From positions 150,001-182,000 of the forward strand of contig JAQVTI010000001.1 of assembly GCA_028700115.1 (NCBI GenBank): a stretch of DNA of 32,000 bases. Direction: 5' to 3'. Of this stretch, positions 26,830-32,000 are shown in pieces. The notes below the pieces were generated by a model that worked only from the letters and a program-made list of their open reading frames with translations, did no database searches and was not told the DNA's origin. Position numbers and translations under genes: made by a program. Positions within the stretch are counted from its first letter, which is position 1, and each line of letters starts with the position of its first letter. The DNA is from Candidatus Iainarchaeum sp. (GTDB lineage Archaea > Iainarchaeota > Iainarchaeia > Iainarchaeales > CSSED10-239).

Positions 26830-27210
26830 TACTAAAAACTTTTTATCAGATTTTAGTCTTTCTAAAATCTTATTCATTGCATCTTCTAAAGTTGCTTTAT
26901 TATCTCCTTTAGACTCAATCATAATACTTACTTTAATTAAGTTTTTATCAGATTCAGAAATTGACTTTCTTGAATCTAACTTTTCTGCAATTTCTTTTGA
27001 AATAGAATACTTTGCAGGAAAGCCTTCTCTTTTTATAAGTTTTAATACAAGCATATTTTTTAGAGTTGCAGTTAAATCTTCATAACTTGCATCTTTAAAT
27101 TCTTTTTTAAGTTCTTCATCAGTTTTTGGAGACTTATAAATAGATTTTGCAATTTCTTTTCTTAAATCAAGAATTCTTTTTTGTTTGTCTACATCTACAT
27201 TTTCAGTCAT
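26557..27210 (-). CDS. Conserved-looking 217-aa protein with possible N-terminal wHTH
   Basis: N-terminal SPKTDEELKKEFKDASYEDLTATLKNMLVLKLIKREG resembles a wHTH. The C-terminal domain is duplicated at 24495-24803. Confidence 0.65.
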   Translation of the reverse strand: MTENVDVDKQKRILDLRKEIAKSIYKSPKTDEELKKEFKDASYEDLTATLKNMLVLKLIKREGFPAKYSISKEIAEKLDSRKSISESDKNLIKVSIMIESKGDNKATLEDAMNKILERLKSDKKFLVYESKIAEIVVHDGLFSTYIEAEVSCKDLQSLFRLVYYYGVTSIDVIRPEKLNIPISDLQESLFTIVDMTHGYADMIFKLKQELNYITGKK

Positions 27211-27410
27211 AAATTTTCACATTTTATAATTATCTTAAATATTTACACATCTATAAATATATATTAGTTAAGAAACATATAAAAAAGAAAGGTTACTAAG
27301 AAATTAATTTAATTAATCAATAAAATCATCTCTAGAAAGTCTTAAAACATCAAAAGATTTATTTAAAATATAAATTACCTAACAGAACATAGATTTAATA
27401 ATTTAAAAAA

Positions 27411-27572
27411 ATGAAAATGGATAAAAAAGAAGTAATTTATCCATTAAAATGGATAAAAAACACTAAAAAAGCATTTAAAACCACAAAAATGGATAAAAAT
27501 AAGCTTATTTATCCATTAAAATGGATAAACTTAAAAAGACAACTATATATAATATATATAAAACTAAAATAA
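27411..27572 (+). CDS. Uncalled 53-aa ORF with an internal duplication, directly upstream of an AAA ATPase gene
   Basis: MKMDKKEVIYPLKWIKNTKKAFKTTKMDKNKLIYPLKWINLKRQLYIIYIKLK; repeat spacing 72 nt (24 codons). Confidence 0.4.
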   Translation: MKMDKKEVIYPLKWIKNTKKAFKTTKMDKNKLIYPLKWINLKRQLYIIYIKLK

Positions 27573-27579
27573 GATAAAT

Positions 27580-28863
27580 ATGGATAATTATAATTATATA
27601 CTTAAATCTGAAAGAAAAAAAGAAAAACTATTAGATGAAATTAAAAATTATAATGAAAGAAACATAGTTACAGAAATCAGAGAAGAAATTAAACTTTATA
27701 AAAATAAAAAAAATAAAAGAATATTCTTATTTTATGGACTTAGAGGGATTGGAAAATCAACTGCATTATTACAAATTATAAAAGAAAATAAAGATGCAAT
27801 GTATATTGATGGTACAGAAATATCTTATTATAATCTAGAACTTATAAAAGTTATAGAAGAATACAAAAAAATAAATAAATCAAATATATTAATTATAGAT
27901 GAATTAAATGATATACCTAATTGGGGAAAAGCACTTAAAATATTATATGATTCTGAGAATTTAAAAATAATTGCAACAGGATCTTCGGCAATAAAAATAT
28001 CACAAGAAATAAAAGAAATAATTAGAAGATCTAAAATAAAAAAACTGCAAGCTTTAAGTTTTAAAGAATTTTTAAAATTAAAATACAATATAGAATACAA
28101 TATCACAAATGAAATTAAAGATATATTATTTTCAAAAAAAGAAGACGCATTTATAAAAATTAAAAATTTAAATTTAGATATACTTAAAAAAAATCAAGAT
28201 ATTGAAAAACATTTCAGAGAATACATATATGAAGGCATACCTTTAATGATTAACACAGGGGAAAAAATACAAGACATATCTCAAAATATAATTTATAAAA
28301 TAATAGTAGATGATTTTAAAAATATTACAGGATTTAATATTAAAACTATAGATAAATCTAAAAAAATTATTAGAGCAATTGCAGAAGCAAAACCAGGACA
28401 CACTTCTTTTAAAAATTTAAGTGATAACTTCGATATATCCGCAACTACAATTTCTGAAATTATAAATGCATTTAAAATATCTGAATTAATTATAGAAACT
28501 TATGTTAATAAAAAATCAATGGCAAAATACAGAAAAGAACCTAAAATTTTATTTAGCTCTTCAGCAATAAGATATGGATTATTATTAAATAATTTTGATG
28601 AAACAGATATTGGAACACTTAGAGAAGATGCTTTTGTTTCAAATATAATATATAGTGGATTAAATGTAAATTATATTGCAGAAAATAAAAAAACACCTGA
28701 TTTTGAAATAAGTGATGACAAAAATAAAGTTATTGTAGAAATAGGTGGACAAAATAAAAAAACTAAACAGATCAAAAAAGGTTTTATAATTACAGAAAGT
28801 AATAAAATAGATATTATAAACAATGTGATATACATGCCTTTATACATGGTTTGTTTAATATAA
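27580..28863 (+). CDS. AAA+ ATPase with C-terminal nuclease-like/DUF4143-like domain
   Basis: Walker A FYGLRGIGKSTALLQI, Walker B NILIIDELNDI, ATGSSAIKI, and C-terminal TPDFEISDDKNKVIVEIGGQNKK. Confidence 0.8.
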   Translation: MDNYNYILKSERKKEKLLDEIKNYNERNIVTEIREEIKLYKNKKNKRIFLFYGLRGIGKSTALLQIIKENKDAMYIDGTEISYYNLELIKVIEEYKKINKSNILIIDELNDIPNWGKALKILYDSENLKIIATGSSAIKISQEIKEIIRRSKIKKLQALSFKEFLKLKYNIEYNITNEIKDILFSKKEDAFIKIKNLNLDILKKNQDIEKHFREYIYEGIPLMINTGEKIQDISQNIIYKIIVDDFKNITGFNIKTIDKSKKIIRAIAEAKPGHTSFKNLSDNFDISATTISEIINAFKISELIIETYVNKKSMAKYRKEPKILFSSSAIRYGLLLNNFDETDIGTLREDAFVSNIIYSGLNVNYIAENKKTPDFEISDDKNKVIVEIGGQNKKTKQIKKGFIITESNKIDIINNVIYMPLYMVCLI

Positions 28864-28877
28864 ATATATGATAAAAT

Positions 28878-29186
28878 ATGGATGTAAACACAATTTCACA
28901 AGTTGCAACTACTGCAACTAGTTCAGCAATAGACACTGCTTCAAAATTTATACCAAAACCAGAATATCTAATAATTGGTTTTGCTTTGATAATTGTAACT
29001 GTAATTATAATTAAATTTTTTAAAAATGTAGTAGTAAACAGTATAGTTGGTGTAGTTGGATTATTAATCTCAAACATTGTGTTTGGTTTAAAATTACCTT
29101 TTCTTTTAACATTACTAGTTACAGCTGTATTTGGACCTGCTGGACTTGGAACTATGCTTATTTTAAAATTCTTTGGAGTTGTTTAG
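28878..29186 (+). CDS. BofA-like small membrane protein
   Basis: NSIVGVVGLLISNIVFGLKLPFLLTLLVTAVFGPAGLGTMLILKFF matches the BofA-type two-helix layout. Confidence 0.7.
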   Translation: MDVNTISQVATTATSSAIDTASKFIPKPEYLIIGFALIIVTVIIIKFFKNVVVNSIVGVVGLLISNIVFGLKLPFLLTLLVTAVFGPAGLGTMLILKFFGVV

Positions 29187-29205
29187 TGAGTTTTAGGTGA
29201 AGTTT

Positions 29206-30489
29206 ATGAAATATAATACAGATTTACATTACCATTCACCTTATGCAGCAGCATGCTCTAAAGACATTTCAATTCCTGTGCTTGCAAAAGAATCTAAGAT
29301 AAAAGGACTAAATATTTTAACAACTGCAGATAGCTTGCACCCTATATGGCAAAAACATATTAAAGAACATGTTATTGAAAAAAATGAAAGATTAATTTTC
29401 AAAGAAGACAAAAACTTACCTGAAGAAAAACAAACAAATTTTATTTTAGGCTGTGAGGTTGAAAGCACAAAAAGAGTGCATCACTTATTATATTTTAGAG
29501 ATTTTGAAACTTTAAACAAATTTAAAAAAGAAATATTACCTTTCTCACAAGATATGGAAAAATACGGAGGAGGAAGACCTAGAATTTCTCTAGAACCTGA
29601 CAAACTTTTAGATATTGCTATTGAAAATGATGTGTTACTTGGTCCTGCTCATGTGTTTACTCCTTACTTTGGAATTTATTCACATTATGATACTTTAAAG
29701 GAAGCCTATGGTAGAAATTATAAAAAAATTAAATTTATTGAACTTGGTTTATCAGCAGATACAAAAACTGCAAACACTATACCTGAACTAAAAGATATTA
29801 AGTTTTTCTCATTTTCAGACTCACACTCTCCTAAAAGCTTTAGGATTGGAAGAGAGTATGTTTCTATGGAACTTGAAAAACCTAATTATAATAGTTTAGA
29901 AAAACTATTAAATAATCATAAAAAAAATTATATTTTAGAAAATGTAGGATATAATCCTTATGAAGGAAAATATAATTCAAGTGCTTGTAAAAAATGCGCA
30001 CAAATTTATACTTTAGAACAAGCAGAAGTTATAAACTGGAAATGCCAAGTATGTAAAGGAACTATTAAAAAAGGTGTAACTGATAGAGCAAAAGAAATTT
30101 CTATTATTCAAGGAAATAAAAATCTTAAAGAAATTACAAAAAGACCAAATTACAGATATTTAATTCCACTTGCTCAAGTTATACAAATTGCAATAAATCA
30201 AAAAAACATATTACACAAAACAGTTCTAGAAAAATATGATGAATTTACTAAAAACCACACAGAAATTCAAATCATGCAAGAAGTTTCAAAAGAAGAACTT
30301 GAAAAAATTGATAAAAACATTGCAAGATACATTATAGCTTTTAGAAAAGACTTTGTAGTTTTCAGACCAGGTGGAGCTGGACACTATGGAGTGCCATATA
30401 TTTGTTTTTCTAAAGAAGAAAAAATTAAAAAAGAAAAAGAAATACAAGAAGAAATAAAAGTTAAAGTCTTACAAAAAAAATTATTTTAA
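29206..30489 (+). CDS. Endonuclease Q (EndoQ)-like PHP-domain protein
   Basis: NTDLHYHSPYAAACSKDI, GCEVESTKRVHHLLYF, GPAHVFTPYFGIYSHYDTL, SFSDSHSPKSFRIGRE, Zn motif CKKCAQIYTLEQAE...CQVCKG, and C-terminal VVFRPGGAGHYG. GGTGA precedes the ATG at 29206. Confidence 0.87.
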   Translation: MKYNTDLHYHSPYAAACSKDISIPVLAKESKIKGLNILTTADSLHPIWQKHIKEHVIEKNERLIFKEDKNLPEEKQTNFILGCEVESTKRVHHLLYFRDFETLNKFKKEILPFSQDMEKYGGGRPRISLEPDKLLDIAIENDVLLGPAHVFTPYFGIYSHYDTLKEAYGRNYKKIKFIELGLSADTKTANTIPELKDIKFFSFSDSHSPKSFRIGREYVSMELEKPNYNSLEKLLNNHKKNYILENVGYNPYEGKYNSSACKKCAQIYTLEQAEVINWKCQVCKGTIKKGVTDRAKEISIIQGNKNLKEITKRPNYRYLIPLAQVIQIAINQKNILHKTVLEKYDEFTKNHTEIQIMQEVSKEELEKIDKNIARYIIAFRKDFVVFRPGGAGHYGVPYICFSKEEKIKKEKEIQEEIKVKVLQKKLF

Positions 30490-30536
30490 AATACACTTTT
30501 ATAATAGCCATTATAATAATCACCATTATACAAAAA

Positions 30537-31922
30537 CTAACCAGTTAAAACAATTATAGGCTTTATTCTTGCAATTTTTTTAACTAACCTTTTTGATTCT
30601 AAAGACTTAACTACTAGACTAGATTTTTTATAAGCATTAGGATTTTCTTCTCTTGCTGTGTTTTCAGATCTACCTGAAAGAATAATCTTATTTTTAGACA
30701 TGTATTCTTTTAGATCTTTAAAGGACATTAAATTTTTTGCAACAGATCTAGAAACAAGTCTACCACAACCATGAGGCATTGTATTTAGTGTTTGTTTAAT
30801 GTTTTTTGTAGGTAAAAGTATATAAGAATAATCAAGCATTGAACCTGGAAGTAAAATTGGAGCACCTGTTTCTAAATATCTAGAAGATTTATTTAAATCA
30901 CTAGGTAAAAATGCACGAGTTGCACCTTTTCTATGAACAATTACTTTTTTTGAATCTATTTTTTCTATAGTTGCTAAATTATGAACTAAATCATAAACTA
31001 AATCAAAACTTAATTCTTTTTGTCCAAGATTTAAAGTATCTTTAAAAACCTTAAAAACACTTCTTGTAAGTATAGCTCTATTTACAAAAGCATAGTTTGC
31101 ACAAGCATTCATTGCTTTAAAATAATCTTTTGCTAATTTAGTATTAAAAGGCTCATAACAAATTGGGTTTTTATTTTTAAAAAAAGAAGAATATTCTTTT
31201 CCAACAGTATAACCTAACCCTCTAGAACCAGTATGAATAAATATACAAACTTGATTTTTAGAAAGAGACCATTTTTTAGAAATATTTTTATCAAAAATAT
31301 CACTAACTATACAAATATCAATAAAATGATTTCCCTGACCTAAAGTACCTAATTGTTTAATAGCAATATCTTTTGCTTTTTTTGAAATTTTAGAAGAATC
31401 TGCTTGTTTAAAATAACCATTATATTCAATAGATCTTTTTTCTTTACTAGAAACTAATTTTTTAGAAATAGCCCAATTTATTCCTTTATTTAAAATTTCA
31501 TCTAAATCTTTTTTTGAAATTTTATAACCATCATTAGAAAGACCAAGTGGTAGTTTAGATAAATTTTTTGAAAGACTTTCTAAATCTTTTTTATTTAAGT
31601 CTTTTAGAAATAAATTAGTTTTAACTAATCTAACACCACAATTAATATCATAACCTACAGCTTCAGAAGAAATAAATCCATTTTTATAATTACTTGAAAT
31701 AACGCTTCCAATTGGAACACCAAATCCTGTATGTATGTCTGGAAGACCTATAACTGAATGCACGCTTGGTAAATTAGTTGAATTTATTAATTGTTCTAAT
31801 GCAGAATCTGAAACTTTAGAAAATAAAGAAGGAGTTATTAATAATTTAATTTCTTTATTATTATGATTTGTTATAAAAAAACCATTTTTATTTTTAAAAG
31901 TTAAATTTATTCTTTTAGGCAT
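30537..31922 (-). CDS. rtcB: RNA-splicing ligase RtcB
   Basis: HSVIGLPDIHTGFGVPIGSVISS, EAVGYDINCGVRLVKT, GTLGQGNHFIDI, VFIHTGSRGLGYTVG, VHRKGATRAF and MPHGCGRLVSRSVAKN. No intein. Confidence 0.96.
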   Translation of the reverse strand: MPKRINLTFKNKNGFFITNHNNKEIKLLITPSLFSKVSDSALEQLINSTNLPSVHSVIGLPDIHTGFGVPIGSVISSNYKNGFISSEAVGYDINCGVRLVKTNLFLKDLNKKDLESLSKNLSKLPLGLSNDGYKISKKDLDEILNKGINWAISKKLVSSKEKRSIEYNGYFKQADSSKISKKAKDIAIKQLGTLGQGNHFIDICIVSDIFDKNISKKWSLSKNQVCIFIHTGSRGLGYTVGKEYSSFFKNKNPICYEPFNTKLAKDYFKAMNACANYAFVNRAILTRSVFKVFKDTLNLGQKELSFDLVYDLVHNLATIEKIDSKKVIVHRKGATRAFLPSDLNKSSRYLETGAPILLPGSMLDYSYILLPTKNIKQTLNTMPHGCGRLVSRSVAKNLMSFKDLKEYMSKNKIILSGRSENTAREENPNAYKKSSLVVKSLESKRLVKKIARIKPIIVLTG

Positions 31923-32000
31923 ATAAAAAAGTAAGTAGAAAAAGAATTATAAAAAGATTTATTTTAGATCAGACTCAATCAATGTATAAGTTTCCCAAAC

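Noticed and set aside
28814-29077. 87-aa minus-strand ORF over the BofA-like gene
   Set aside because: Antisense to a better-supported BofA-like protein.

Overview
AT-rich archaeal chromosome segment, DPANN/Woesearchaeota-like by inference from gene content. It combines an informational core with accessory islands. Core: a dph6-like gene; the cluster aIF1A-Rio1-Pno1/KH with DUF424 and aIF2beta; a presenilin-like GxGD protease; MCM; RPA; a type II/IV secretion ATPase; an S-layer protein; a BofA-like protein; EndoQ; and RtcB. The accessory part contains two AbiEi/AbiEii (type IV toxin-antitoxin) operons, one lying between 278-bp direct repeats. It also contains a decayed GNAT-type toxin with an intact, previously uncalled 55-aa partner ORF. 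Two DUF4143-like AAA ATPases are present, one associated with a 53-bp perfect direct repeat and a recurring 15-bp promoter-proximal motif. Two pilin-signal/DUF285 surface proteins share a 502-bp nearly identical 5' cassette. An uncalled 53-aa ORF with an internal duplication sits just upstream of the second ATPase. I found no convincing CRISPR array, rRNA or tRNA. All family assignments come from reading motifs by eye; no database search was run.
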